NCBI GenBank assembly: GCA_964016885.1
Contig: OZ024750.1
Location: 13,888,001-13,952,000, forward strand
From: Eledone cirrhosa
Lineage: Eukaryota
DNA length: 64,000 bases
Direction of reading: 5' to 3'
Under the pieces are notes generated by a model. It was given only the letters and a program-made list of their open reading frames with translations. It made no database searches and was not told the origin of the DNA. Positions 26,321 through 40,782 of this stretch are shown piece by piece. The position numbers and the translations under genes are program-made. Positions within the stretch are counted from its first letter, which is position 1, and each line of letters begins with the position of its first letter.

Positions 26321-26784
26321 ATAAATGATTGCACACACAGGTGAGTCTACAGTATGTGTTTATAAAGTGTTCATTCATACATAATCAAACATATACAATC
26401 TTCCTAACAAATGCTTTCAGATAAAGCAAGTTGAAAAGTAATGAAATTGTGTTCTTGATCTATAAACGTCCATTCTTCTGTTGCTGACAGTGTGTATGGA
26501 GGATGCCTTGTTCTGTTGATGCAATGTATATTGAAAATGTTGCAAAACTATAAAAGCTACTGGCTGGCAGTGTGTTGTTCCACCCTGTGATGGACTGACA
26601 TCCTGTCCAGGGGAAGAGTGTCGTACTCTCAGTCGCTAAACACTAAGCATAGGCCCCATGAGCCTCTAGGCTTCGACAGATTTTAGATAGATAAATGAAG
26701 AGAATTTGTGATATGTTATTTCAAGACAATGCATCTGATATGAATATGTTCTTATCTTAACACCTTACTGCATATAACATTATG

Positions 26785-26990
26785 AAGGCATATAGCTTAG
26801 TAGTTAGAGTGTTGGGCTTGCAATTGGGAGGTTGTGAGTTTGGTTCTTGGACTGAGTGATATGTTGTGTGCTTGAGCAAGACTTTATTTCACATTGCTCC
26901 AGTTTACTCGGCTGTAGAAATGAGTTGCAACATCACTGGTGCAAAGCTGTATCGGCCATTGCCTTTCTTTTGGACAACATTGGTGGTGTG
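26785..26990 (+). mobile_element. Degenerate tRNA-head SINE (different family)
   Basis: tagcttagtagttagagtg A-box-like head, followed by ...cttgagcaag...ttgctccagt..actcggctg. Confidence 0.5.
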
Positions 26991-28639
26991 GATGTTTATG
27001 CCGCATATATTCTAGCCATTAGAAAAGCAAAATGAGTGCTTTACCTTCAAAAGAGGGATGACTCAAGAAGAGAAAAAAGAGGAAAAGAAGCAGCTTTTCA
27101 TTGATTACAAACATAAACATAAGGAACAAGAGATAGATGATGGGAAACACTGAGTTAACACTTTTAACTCATTTTAATAATGAAATGTTAAAATATTGAA
27201 CAAAATCGCTAAATTATTCTAGTATCTTTCCATAATTTTGCAACAGAACATTTGCAGACTTTATTTGAAGTAAGAAGGTATTCATTATCAATAGTTGTAA
27301 CATACAGGTAATCATCAGCATCATCATTTAACAACCATTTTTTTCTGCTAGGAAGGGCTGGTTGGACATATCGTCACTGACAAGTCTGTACTCAAGCAAA
27401 ACCTGTGACCTCCAGGTAGGCCATGGGTCCTGACACATGATCCCATGTGCATTTTTTGTGGCACCAACACTAGGGAAATTGCCATGTCTTTGATATAGCT
27501 GAATTGTCTTCTCAATCTTTTGTTTGACAAGTTTTCTACAGCCAGATGCCCTTCCTATCACCAACCACCTTACAGAGTGTACTGGGTTTGTTTATCATGT
27601 AGATTGCCAACATTAGGAAGGTTGTCATGTCTATATCAACTGAGGAATCCTCTTGACCCCTTTAGCATGTATTCTACTGTGAGGCACTCTTTTTATCACC
27701 AACCTCTTTACAAGATGTACTGGGTGCATTTATCATGGCATGATATTTTAAAATGTTGCCTCCCTCACTCTCCATTCTTGGTTAATTTTGCTGTACAACA
27801 ATAATACTATGGGCATGTGGTTAGAATGTCTCAGGAAAGAATCACTGGACAGATTTTATGGGCAAAGCCAACTGGTATGAAACCCAGGAGCAGACTCTGA
27901 GCAAGATAGTTGCATAACATCCATGAGCTTGGCTGGTCTTGCTTGAAGATCCAGCCAGATTAGTTGGAGATGGTTACTTCTGACAGGACCCACTGGAAGG
28001 AGAGTTTGAGGATTCTACGCCTACATCCCTCCCAGGAATAACTGGGCGAAGAAGAAGAAGAATTTTATATATCAAATCAAAGTGAAACAAAAAATATCTA
28101 GTTTACTGACAATCATCTACTAAGAGTACACATATTCTAGTTCATATTTTAATTTATATTACATGTCTAAAACATCATTTATTTCTTTGGCCAACAACTT
28201 CCGATGTATTGTAGATATAACTCTAGTTATCCTGAAATATCCAATAAATCATAACCAAACTCATTTTTTTCTCTCTTGTTGGTATTTTTCCAACTCTAAT
28301 CTGGCACTTAGCCTAGTATATGAACTTTACAACTCAGAAAATAGTGTAAGCTTTATAAAAATATGAATTTAATTCATGCTTGATAGTGTTCATTGTTAGA
28401 GGTCTTTATTTTCTTTAAGAGTTTAATTAATTAATAGAAATCATCATCATCATTATCATTTTTTTTACATCTACTTTTCCTTGCTGACATGTATTGGCTG
28501 GGGTGTTTTGAGACAATGTTTTTTGGCCAAATGCCCTTCCTAATGCTAACCCTTTTAGTCACTCCCATGACATAGATGTAACTAAAAAACAGAGATAAAA
28601 TAAAATAGGTAGAGTATGTTAAATTTCTGGTGTAACATC

Positions 28640-30000
28640 AAATACAATCATCATCTCTTTCCTCCAGCCCCATGGCAACTATGCTCTTTCATCTTTGTCT
28701 CTGACAAGGATTGGTGCTTGAAACCAGTAAGTGTCATACCTGCACAGATCATCTTTTAGGGTGGATCTCCAGGTTTTCTTTAGCCGAAACTTTGGTCTTT
28801 TCCCACCAACCATGACATTGCAGTTCATGCTGGTACATTGTCTCCCATTTGTAGGACATGCCCTGTCAGCTACATTCTTCTGCTCTTAATGACAAGACTC
28901 AGGCATGTGGAATTGGCTCTTCCAAGCACATCATTCTTTGTGATCTTGTCTTGCCATTTAATGCCCAATATCTTTCAGAGTCAAAAGTCAAAAAATAAAA
29001 TCATACCTGTATACAATGTGTTGTCACTACAATGAATCAGCCACTAACAACACTACTAGATTCATCCTCCACAAAGGCCTTGCCATATTTGAGCACTTTA
29101 ATCACTCTGGTGATGTCCTCGGTTTTTTCAAGGAGTTCTCTGAATTTGGATGCTATAGTACCCACATACCTGATCCTGACATCCTTATCTGGCAACACTT
29201 CCAACTTTTCCTGTAGGTCAACCTGGACCTGTCAGTTTTGTGGGTTTTCTTGGTCTTAGGGAATCTCAAGTTCCAGATAACTAGATAATCAGTTGACAAC
29301 TCACCCTCTCTCTTACACATTTTCAGCACATAATGAAAGAGATCAAAGACAATAAAAAAAATCAGTTACTGACCTCTGTTGCCAATTCCCCTCATAACAT
29401 GAATAATTATAGATGAAGAACGTGCTCATAATAGAGAGTCCATTGCTAGAACAGATCTAAGGCCTCTCCATTCATATTTAGATCGGGGTTGTCATTCCTT
29501 CCAATCACTCCTTTCCATGTTATGTGGTCTTTGCTGACATGTGCATTGAAGTCTCCCATTAGGATATACAACTCTGTCTCAACTACATCTAACACTCTAG
29601 TGACTTTATCAAGGAAGGATCTGTATTCGGGCTCTCTGTTTGGTGCATAAACTTGTACCACCCAGAGACCTTTCCTTCAGCCTAAGCTTCAGAAGACAAA
29701 CATTCCCTCCCAATGAGCTCCATTCTGACAGTCAGGGACTTGTGAACATCCCCACTCCCACTTATGCAGTCTTTTCTGGTGCCACACCTGAATAATGGAG
29801 TTTCTATCCTTGATCCAGAGCTACAAAACTTTGTCAAAGAAACCCTGACTATATTCAGCTGGTAACATTTGGCTTTCTCCATTATTTCCTGCTCCTTGCC
29901 TGTAAGGATTGTAACATTTTAGTTTCCAATTGTTAACGTTTGGTACCTTCTGGACCCTCTTTTGGGTCCTGGGATATGCAACCTTTGTGCATCTATCCCA
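28640..30000 (-). mobile_element. RTE-like LINE remnant (APE endonuclease region), frameshifted
   Basis: ORF 29446..29661 reads VQVYAPN...LMGDFNAHV...WKGVIGRN...NMNGEAL; upstream is TLTIGNWNV-like sequence. Multiple stops and frameshifts. Confidence 0.8.
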
Positions 30001-30884
30001 CACCTCCCAGGACAGGTTGCAGGCCTACGAATAGGCTCTTCAGTATTAGTCAGCTGTAGAAATGAGATGACAGGGACTGGGGTCCCTATCATTCCACTGC
30101 AAAGTGGTCGTGGAGGTGCCATGGCAAAAAAGCACCCAGCACTCACTGTAAATGAGGTTGGTGTTAGGAAGGGCATCCAGCTGTAGAAATCAAGCCAGAA
30201 TCAGTTCCCGTCTCACCCTTGCAAGCAGGGAAAAGTGGATGTAAAATGAAAAGGAAATGAAATGAAATGAAATGAAATGGAGCCTTCTATCAAAGACCTG
30301 AACATGTCACTACACATGAAGAATGGTGTGATATGATTAGAATGTCTAAGGAAAAAAATCACAGAACAGATTTTACAGGCAAAGCCAACTGGCAGTAGGC
30401 CTTGAGGTAGACCATGGACATGTTGGTTGGATAATATTCATGAGCTCGGTGGTTTTGACTGGATATCTCATTAGAATCATTTGGAGACAGTTGCTTCTGG
30501 TAGAACTCTCTAGAATGCAAGCCTGAGGAATCTACCCCCACCTATAACCCTCACAGGGGGTGAAGAAGAATATATGTATATTATATTTCAATTTGTGTAT
30601 GTATATATAAGGGTGTATATGTGTGTGTGACGTAAGAAAATATTCTACTTAAAATCCTTTTAATTATTTAGAATTTGGAAAATCTTTCACAAGATTGGAG
30701 AGATTTTTTTGTTGTTCCGGATTCTTGTAGATTAACTCTTGGATAGTAATTAAAATCATTAATTTAGAAACCATTTAAAAGCTATTAATTCTATGCAAGA
30801 TTAATATTTTCTTTTCCAAAATATTTTAATTTAATGTCGTTACCCTTAAATGTGTATTCGACTCGGGTTTGTAATTTTAGTGCA

Positions 30885-30910
30885 GTACTACCGGAAGTGA
30901 AGTTGTCGGC
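30885..30910 (+). promoter_or_regulatory. ETS/GABP-type CCGGAAGTG site in the STRAP promoter
   Basis: ccggaagtg at 30891-30899, about 140 nt upstream of the STRAP ATG in a CpG-richer patch. Confidence 0.55.
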
Positions 30911-31036
30911 GTTTTTCCATCTACCGCACATTCACACCGTAGAGAGGATACAAATCTGCATATATAAATTTATCTATTTTTATATTCGCACATACACACA
31001 CACAAACATACATACAAATTTTCTCTCTCGGTGAAG

Positions 31037-33425
31037 ATGTCCAACTTCAGGCAGACACCGCTCACTTGTTCAGGCCATACACGGCCTGTAGTTTATTTGG
31101 CTTTCAGCGACATAACCCAATACGGATATTATCTCATCAGTGCATGTAAAGGTTCGTTGAAAAATATATCGTACATAATTTACTTCTAAAATCCACTATT
31201 TGTTGCTTCTGTCTACGGATTTCTACTATCAATGTTTGTAGACACTCACACACATACACAAGTATTTATATAATGTATGTTAGCATATCATTTAGTATTA
31301 TATATACTCATATGTGTGTGTGTTTATTATCTGCGCATGTAACAGTTAGTTGGAAAACGGTTGAGAGAATTTTACATATCATTTGAAACTATTTCTGTCT
31401 TTCTTTATCGAAAATTATATTTTCTTCAATCTTGCAATTTTTCGTTTTTTTTTTCCCCTTCCCTTTTTTCATTCTATACACTGAAACGATTTTTCTTTCA
31501 CAGTATAAGAGATTTTTTTTTTAACATCCGCGTGGTAGCATCATCATACATGCTTGCTGTTGGTACACTTTACACTCCCTTTTAAACATCATACTAAGAA
31601 GCTGCTGAAAAATAAATTGAAACATTATTTCATCTTAACTGTTTCTACTTTTCGTGCTTTAGATTAGAAAAATATGTTGATGATGCATTGAAATTAAACT
31701 ACTACCTTGTTAAAGTCTCAATTATTACCTGAGTATTAGCGTGTGTGTATGTAAATGATTAATAAATCAGCTGTAAATTAACGTGCTAACACAACACACC
31801 TATACAGGGAAGGTATCGATTAGGAAGGATGTCATAACATCTATTTAATCAACTGACACACTCGCTTTTTTTTTGTTATACATTGTATGTGTATATACAC
31901 ACATACTTATGAGTATATGTTTTATATATATAGGGATTGTAACGTCCAGTTATTGTAGAAGTTAGACGAGCTTTTGATTCCAGATCGAACCTTGAGCTGA
32001 TCAATCGTGAAACGCGCGTCACTAAATAAACGTAATGAAAACTTAACACTTCGTCCTTTTTATTATTATTAGTATATATATATATATATATATATATAAC
32101 ATCTTGTTTGATCGCCCCGTGATAAACGGGAAATTGCAGAGTAAGAAGACTCACTATTTAGCCTTAATAATAATAATTGTTTCTACTTTTGGCACAAGGC
32201 CAGCAATTATATCAGTGTATTACTGGTACTTTATTTTATCGACCCCGTTAATGGTTTCTTATATATATATAATGTAAATTCCCAAGTTGTGTCTGGGTTA
32301 ACCACAGGTATCCAATACATTGGTAGAGTATAGAAGTAATTTCTATATAAAATAAAACAATATCTTAATTATTTATATATAGATATGACATCCACAGGAC
32401 TATAACTGTTTCATTCGTATGAAATCATCAAGAATGTCCAATGTATTGAGTACCTTTTTTAACTGTGGCTACCCCCGACACAACTCCATACGAATGAAAC
32501 AGTTCTAGTCTTGTAGAAGAGCTCCTGTCGTTTCAACAGCTAGATCCGAACTGTTCCGATCTAGCTGGTGAAACGGCAGGAGCTCAGCCGTCGAGGTTCT
32601 GAATCTTATATATACTTGCTCTGCGGGTTTGTATATACTCTATATACAACCTTTATCGAGTCTTCACTAGATATTGGTCTTTATATTTATTACTACAATA
32701 TATGTATATATAGTGTATATACATAGGTAGGTATATATAAATTATATAGGTATATCATCATCATCATTTAACGTCTATTTTTCCACGCGAGCATGCGTTA
32801 GACGAATATATATGTGTGTATATATATATATATAAATGCTGTAGATATATTCTCGGGTCTCGAATAACCCCCCCTGCCCCCCATTTATTAAATTTTGTTA
32901 ATCTATCTCCAGCAAAATTTTATTTTAAGTGGTAGCATTCTAACTAAAAAATCACTGCGAGAAATCTCATACGTTATATAAATAAATAGGATAGGTTGGG
33001 GTCTCAATATGTAAACTAAACGACTAATTCTGGTTTTTATAGAAAAGTAAGCGAGACAACCTAGATAAAATTATCGATTCCCCCCACCCGCTTATTCTAA
33101 CTCCCCCTATTATTTGGGACCCGAGAGTATAATGTATGTATATCTATATATAGGTGTGTGTGAAACCTATATATATATATATATGTACGTGTCATCATTT
33201 CCCACGCTAGCATGGGTTAGACGGGTTATCCAGTTTCCATTTGCGATTTTTTTTGTCTTTTCTCAAACCTTTTTTTTCTGTTTCTCCATTGTGATCCTGT
33301 CTCTATTTTCTACTCCTTACTCCTAAAGAAGGGCTTAAGCCTGACTCGTTGAATTTTCTTTCCTCTTTCCAATATAAAGCATGAAACTAAGACATTTTGT
33401 AGCTCTGTTTGTTGTCTCCTTGAAC

Positions 33426-33475
<50 letters not shown>

Positions 33476-36400
33476 GTATATATTTGTTACATCATGGTTT
33501 ACCAAGCAGAACCACCAGTTCTACCCATTGGTAATCAAACTTAAATGGTATATATCTTCCTCCTCTACCTCCTATGGTAAATTTCAAAACTTCAGAACTG
33601 GCACCCTCAATGTAGGCACAATGAAAGGAAGATCAGGAAAGATTGTAGAGTTGCTACAACGAAAGAAAATTGATGTATGTTGTGTACGGGAGACTATGTG
33701 GAGAAGAACGTCATCTTGACACTTTGTGAGCCAAAAACAATTCTACAAATTTTTCTAGGTGTGCAGAGTAGTAGATAGACATTCTTTCCTATATTCCAAA
33801 TGCAAACTCTGAGTACACAAGACGCGTCGTGGGATCTCAGACAGGCTAGCAAAGAATGTAGGCTTTGTATGTGGTTGATGCACAGGGGCAGTAAGAAGCT
33901 ATAGCTCACAGGAAACAAACCCCTTTAACCCTTTAGCATTTACATTACTCAATATTTACTATTGTATTTTCACAGTAAAGGCTTTACCTCACATAATATC
34001 GATTCTATGAGATTTTGATATTATTTATTTTGAGAACCATATCAGTATGAGAGGCCGGTTTGAACAGAAAGAGGTGAGAGAATTCTGGCCGGATACTAAA
34101 GGGTTAAATGCCCAGAAATGTGTGTGTGTAATATGTATACATGTAGATATATGTATATATATATATATGTGTGTATATATGTATGTATGTGTGTGTGTGT
34201 GAATGTATTTAACAGATGCCAAACGATGATGACATATCTTGCTCATACAAGTTTGTTTCAAAATTATTTATATTGATATCTATTTTTATTTGTTTGAAAG
34301 CTGGGTAATTTTTAATGTTGTTTACTGTTTACATAGAAAAATGTCATTTATAATGTTTTTGTGACAGAATTACTGCCGGACTGAAAAGCTCTTATTAGTT
34401 CTTTAAAAGTCAAGTTTATTGTTTTGACCTTCTCTAATTTTTAAGTAATTGGATGTGATAATCCTGTGTTTTCTTGTGGTTTCAGTTTTTAACCCTTTAA
34501 CATTCACATTACTCTATATATATTATTGTATTTTTGTGGTAAAGGCTTTACCTCACATAATATCGAATCTATGAGATGTTGATGTTATTTATTTTGAGAA
34601 CAATACCTCAACAATAGTATGAGTGGCCGGTTACTACCGGTTTGAACAGAAATAGATGAGAGAATTCTGGCCGGATATGGCCGGTTTAAATGCTAGAGAA
34701 GAGGAGGCAAGAACCGATTGGTTGTTGCAAGAGGTAGCACTGCATTAAGTTAATGGGTTACCCTTAGAAAGATATGATCCAAATGTTTTGCGTTAAAAGC
34801 ATTTACGGACTAAGTGAGGGTGGCAAAAGCCACTCAGGAAAGGGCCATTTGGGGGATATCTATTCAAATTTTGAGGAAAAAGGAACATTAACCCTTTCAT
34901 GACTGCATTTCTAATGAAATACTATTTCAATTAATTAATGAAAAATTTTGAGGGTTTTACTAAAATTATTAATTATTTCATTGCTAAGATAGTAACTTAA
35001 TATCAGATTCTTATATAAGATTATGTTGGAAGATTATAATTTAAATTGGAAACCTTTAAAATGAGTGATTTCATTCCATAGAACCAGAGCTGGTTTGGGC
35101 CTGGGTGGTAAGTAAAGGGTTAAATGACAAAGATGATGGTTAATTTTCTTCAATAGAAGATTCAAATCCAGTTAAAATGTTTGATAGAATAAGTATTGGT
35201 TATATATTACATTCAGTTGCATTAACTGTATAATTTTACCTACAAATGTGCATCAAAGAAATCAATATTAGAGGTAATATGGTATAAAGGAAATTGAAGA
35301 GGAGAAGGAGGAAAATTAAGATGGTGGTATTTAGAAGGTTGAATATACAGATAATTGTAAAACCATTAGGAAAATGATGAAAGGAAATTTGTGAGAATGT
35401 AATATGCAGAAAATTGAGCAACTGATGTAGAAAATATAAGCTTCAAAAGAGCTGAAAGATATCTTCATTTAGGGAAACCACAATATACTGTTCTGAAATT
35501 TAGTGATGAACAAGTAATAAGTGATAGAGAAGTGATCATCAAAATTGATGTTAAAGGTATTTATAGGATCCAGAAATGGATGTGCTCTCTGTATCTTTTC
35601 TATCTTTCATTGGTGGAAACTGTTGATATAATTCTCTGCTGAAACATTAAGTACCATGTACAACATTCTTGTGTAGCAGCCATCAATTCTCTTTTCTAGT
35701 TGCTTTGTTATGCTCCTTGCTTCTGATCCATACAAGAGAACAGACTCTATTGTTGTAACAAAAAGCATTTCTTTAAACTTTCTGCTCATTCGAGATGTCC
35801 ATCTCCTCTCTTCAACTTGTGATATGCTGACTAAGCAAATGCCTTTTTAATCTGAAAATTAAAATGATGCAGACTCTAATAGACACAGTGACAACTCCAG
35901 CCATGTTTCTGTTTTATTAAACCCCAGTGAATTATAGTCATTCACATGTCTATTTGGTCAATGCTTATGTAAAAATTGTTTTATCAGAGAACAGACAATT
36001 AAGCCTTCTTAAAGCCTCATCATTGATGTCATATTCAACCTAAACGAACATAAAATGATGAAAATGAAGCAGCAGACATCAAGTGATGAAATTAATAAAG
36101 AAGGCACAGACCCAGTTTGTAAGCAAGGGACAAATCTTTTCACAAAATTATTCTGGAGCAATTCCATCATGATCCTTTTTACAGAAGGAAGGTGACATTC
36201 TTTTCTTTCTCGTTTCCTGTAACTCCTGAAGAATTGTTAGGGGTGCTGTATTAACATATGGCGTTTCTAGGACATTTTAAAACTCAGCAAAGCCCATCTT
36301 CTCTCCAGGTCTGAATACAGCGGATTTCTTCCAGAGCAAGAGAGAGAGTGAAAGAATGGAAATAAAAAAGATATATAGAAGGAGAATTGACCCCAGTACT

Positions 36401-39400
36401 AGACTGGTACTTTTTTTTTTATTGACCTGGAATGGATGAAAGGCAAAGTTGACCTCAGCAAGATTTGAACTTAGAGAGCCAAAATGAAAATCGCAAAGCA
36501 TTCTATCTGATATTCTAACAAATCCGCCAATTTGCCGCCTTTACACATCAGTTATCTGTCTAGCTTGTACTAACTATTCAACCAAAATGTTTACAAATTG
36601 CATCAATACTGTCTTGGAATTTAATCAACCAAGAAAACAAGCAGGATTCAGAAGTGGGTCTTCAACAAATGACCATTTCCAAAGTTATTTAGAAACTGAG
36701 AGAATATTCACAGTGATTTTTGCCTATGCTTTATTGATTATGAGAAAGCCTTTGATAGCATTGAAATTCCAGCTGCGCTTAAAGTTCTTATTGATCAGGG
36801 AATATGCCAAATGTATATAAAAATTATTTGGAAAATCTATATCCAGGGAACATCATCTATAAAACTTCACACTGAAAGCAAAAATATCAATATTGGAAGA
36901 AGACTAAGTACTTTAATGCTGCACTGGAAGGCATTTTTTTAAAAGCTTAACTGGGATGAAAAATGAATAAACATAAATGGTGAATTTTAAAAGTTATTTA
37001 TGCTTTGCTGATGGCATAGTCATGTTCTCTTCTAGAAGAAATGTTAAATGAACTGAACAGTGAAAGCACCAAGATGGTAGTAAAATTAAATATGAAGTAA
37101 ATACCAGCTGTGTTCAACAGCCACAACAAATCAACCATGATAGTTTGTGTTTACTTCATGTTAGTTATACTATGTTCAACAGTCATGCAACAAGTCAACC
37201 ATGATACTATAACAACTAAATGTATTTATCTAGGGCAGCTAGTAAACATGAAATACAGCCAGTGGATGAAGTAAAATAAGAAATACATGTTGGATAGTGT
37301 GCAGTCATAGAAAGGGCTGGAAAGACTTTTCAGCTATGCCAAAGACATGATGGCTTGCCTAGTGTTGGTGCCATGAAAAAAATTCACTTAGTAGAGTGTG
37401 GTATCATATGTCAGGCTCTACCGGCTCTCCTGGCAATCAGAAGCTCTGCTTCAGTATTGACTGGTCAGGGGGACCTGCCAAACTCTTGCTAGCAGGCAAA
37501 AGGGATGTTAAACAATGCTGATGATGCTGTACTATAATACAAATAAAATTATGTACACTTCTCATGTTCTTGTATAAATACTCTTCATTCACATGCTAGT
37601 AAGTTATACAAATAGTTTCCACCATCAGCAAGCAAGTTGATGCTCAATTTTCCTTGTATGCATGAGATATGTCTGCAACATGCCAATCTATCTTTTTCCA
37701 CTCTCTCTTATTTCTTTCATTGACTTTTACCATCCTTAGATCTAATTACCCAGTCTTTTGACAATCTCATAGCATTTGGAAGCATTTTATCTATCAAACT
37801 GCTAATTCACTGTTTAGTTCTATAATTTGATCATAATGATTATTCCTAAATTTGTTGACCTTGACTTGTTGGACTTGATTCATACAGTGTAGTGGCTTCT
37901 TATTGCTTCATGAGATGATTTAAGCTCATTTTGTGAGTTTAGAAAACTCTCATTAGCCTATAACAGCCTGGAAAGCACTTACAATTCTTCATTCATATTA
38001 AGATAACATTTGGAAGATTTTTTGTGTTTTTTTTAAAATCATAATTCATTCGTTAATTTTTGTTAAAATTTTGGCGTTTCTTAAAAAAAAACAAAAAAAA
38101 ACAAGGCAGTGGGGAGAAAATATTTTTTAATTTTTATTTTTTCTAGAATTTAGATGCTTTTGATGTTTAAAGAGTAGTAATTTCCTGTAAAATACTAAAA
38201 GATTGCACTATTTTGTAATTGATACATAATTGATTGATTTTTTAATCAGTTATTAACATTTTATTTGATTTATCAATACTATCAAGCTACAACTATCTCT
38301 CAAAATTGAAGCAAGGAAAAATGATAAAAATAAAATGAGAGCTAGGGATAGAATTGACCTGTTGGGTTATCCACTGGAAATTACAATAATTGGATCTAAA
38401 ATTCTTGTTTGATTTGATTCTTGAATAAATTTCCAACACAGTATTTGTTGGAACCAAATCAATGCATGTCCAATAAAAAATAATTTGGTGGTTGGTGTTA
38501 GCCCCCCCCCCCCCCATATGCCATATGTTAGCATGTGCGGGGTAGTTTTCATAAATTCTATTGGAATAAGGTGGCGAATTGGCAGTCGTTAGAATGTCGG
38601 ATAGAATGCTTTGTGGTATTCGTTTGGCTCCCTGCTCTCTGAGTTAAAATCCCGCCAAGGTCAATTTTGCTTTTCATCCTTTCGAGGTCGGTTAAAATAA
38701 ATTACCAGTTAATTACTGAGGTCAATATAATTAACTTTCCCCTTCCATCAAATTTCAAGTACTGGTAAATTGAATTGAACCCTCCACTAAAATCTGTCAC
38801 CTCATGTCCATTGAAGAAGCAAAATTACTAATCAAAGCAGTGAAGTGGCAAATACACTTGGGTGCTGGACTAAATTGTTCTTATTACAACTCACACCTAT
38901 TCTAGGTTTAGCTAGCCTCCTATGAGGTTACATTTCATAGGGAGTGTCTTGGGTGTTTTAATAATAGGGTCTGCTACTGAGACTCGTATTTGTTTCAGCT
39001 GATTGGATGATAGCAAACTGAAGTGAATTATCTTGCTCAAGCATACAACATTCCACTTAGTTCAAGAATCAAACCCATGACCTTATGATTGTTAGTCCAG
39101 CACATTCACTAAATTCACATTAGAACTAAATGTTTTTCAATATTTACTTTTGCTTTTCTATATTCTGTGTTCTGTGTAGAAATGGTAGTAAAATGGACTA
39201 CATACTTCTGTATCTATTTACATTCTTTTATGTAGGTTTTATTAAATGGTTTATATTTCTATCCAAACATCTGTGGTTTTGTGTCAAACAAAGAAATTAT
39301 CATTATTATATTAAATTCTGCCAGGGTTGACATTCTTTCATCTGTCTAGGGTTGATTAAATAACTCATGACCATATTGCTAATAAAATGCATTCATTATT

Positions 39401-40531
39401 ATCATTCTTTAATTAACTTCTGTTTTCCCTGCTAGCAAGGGTTGGATAGGGCCTACATCTTACTTACATATGATCCCACGTGCTATTAAGTGTATTTTAT
39501 TGTTACACCAGCACTAGGGTCTTCTCAACACTTTTGGAAGTTTTATTACAGCCAAATACCCTTCCTATCACCACTGCTTCAAATAATTTCAAAATAACTA
39601 TGAATTTAGTGAAATAACCTTGTCATTATTAAACTTGTGTTTGCAATATAACTAAACAAAAAGTTTATAAAGGTACATAAAACCATGATGTAAGGTTTCA
39701 ATTTAAACATAAACAATTTAGAATGATATCATGGCCAGGTTGGTATTGAAAGGGTGAAAGCTATCATTTCCTTGTAACCACATATGTGTTCCTCAGATGA
39801 ATACAGATGTTTTGGTTTGTACCAAGAGGATTAAAGCTACCATTTTACTATAGCCACATATCTGTGTTCCTCAGATGAACACAGCATCATTTTATTCTTG
39901 TTTTGGTTGGTATATGTGTTTAAAATCACTTATCATCATCATTATTATTATTAATAATTTTAATATTGTATTTGTCCAGATGGCAAACCCATGTTACGGC
40001 AAGGAGAAACTGGAGATTGGATTGGTACATTTGAAGGCCACAAGGGAGCGGTGTGGGGTGCTGCACTAAACAGAGAGGCTACCCGGGCTGCCACGGGTGC
40101 CGCTGACTTTACAGCGTATGTATATAGATACACACATTAATTCTTAACATATTCTGTAATGATTTAGCAGAAAATATCTAAAAACAGGTTTGTTAATTCA
40201 GATATTTAAAGTGTCTTTACTAGTAGACAGATCTTTGAAAATTTTCAGTAAACTGAAGAAAAGACTTCAATTTTTAACGTGAGGCAGTTACAAGAATTTC
40301 TTACTTATGCAGCTTCATGTGGTACAGGATGTTAAGAGTTAAAGACACAAGGATTTTTCATACTTCTTTATTAGTGTTTTGTTTAATGGGGATAGTTTGG
40401 GTTGTGTCAGACACCTACCACTCTCTGATAACCATCCACCTCCCCCATAATCATTATGAACTCTATTAATATTTGTAAACATTATAAATTTAATACCTTC
40501 TGAATATCCTTTGATTATAGGATTGGATCAT

Positions 40532-40565
<34 letters not shown>

Positions 40566-40733
40566 TGGCTGCCAACTCGTTTTCGAGTACGGCCACTACT
40601 TTATGTCCATGTAGGAGAACCCCCACCGATGCGCTGAATGAGTGTGACTTCTTAGTCCAGCCAGCGACTTGAAAACTCTGGTACAAACACTACACTTGTG
40701 ACAATTATTGACACATAGTGCTGGGCCCATGTA

Positions 40734-40782
<49 letters not shown>

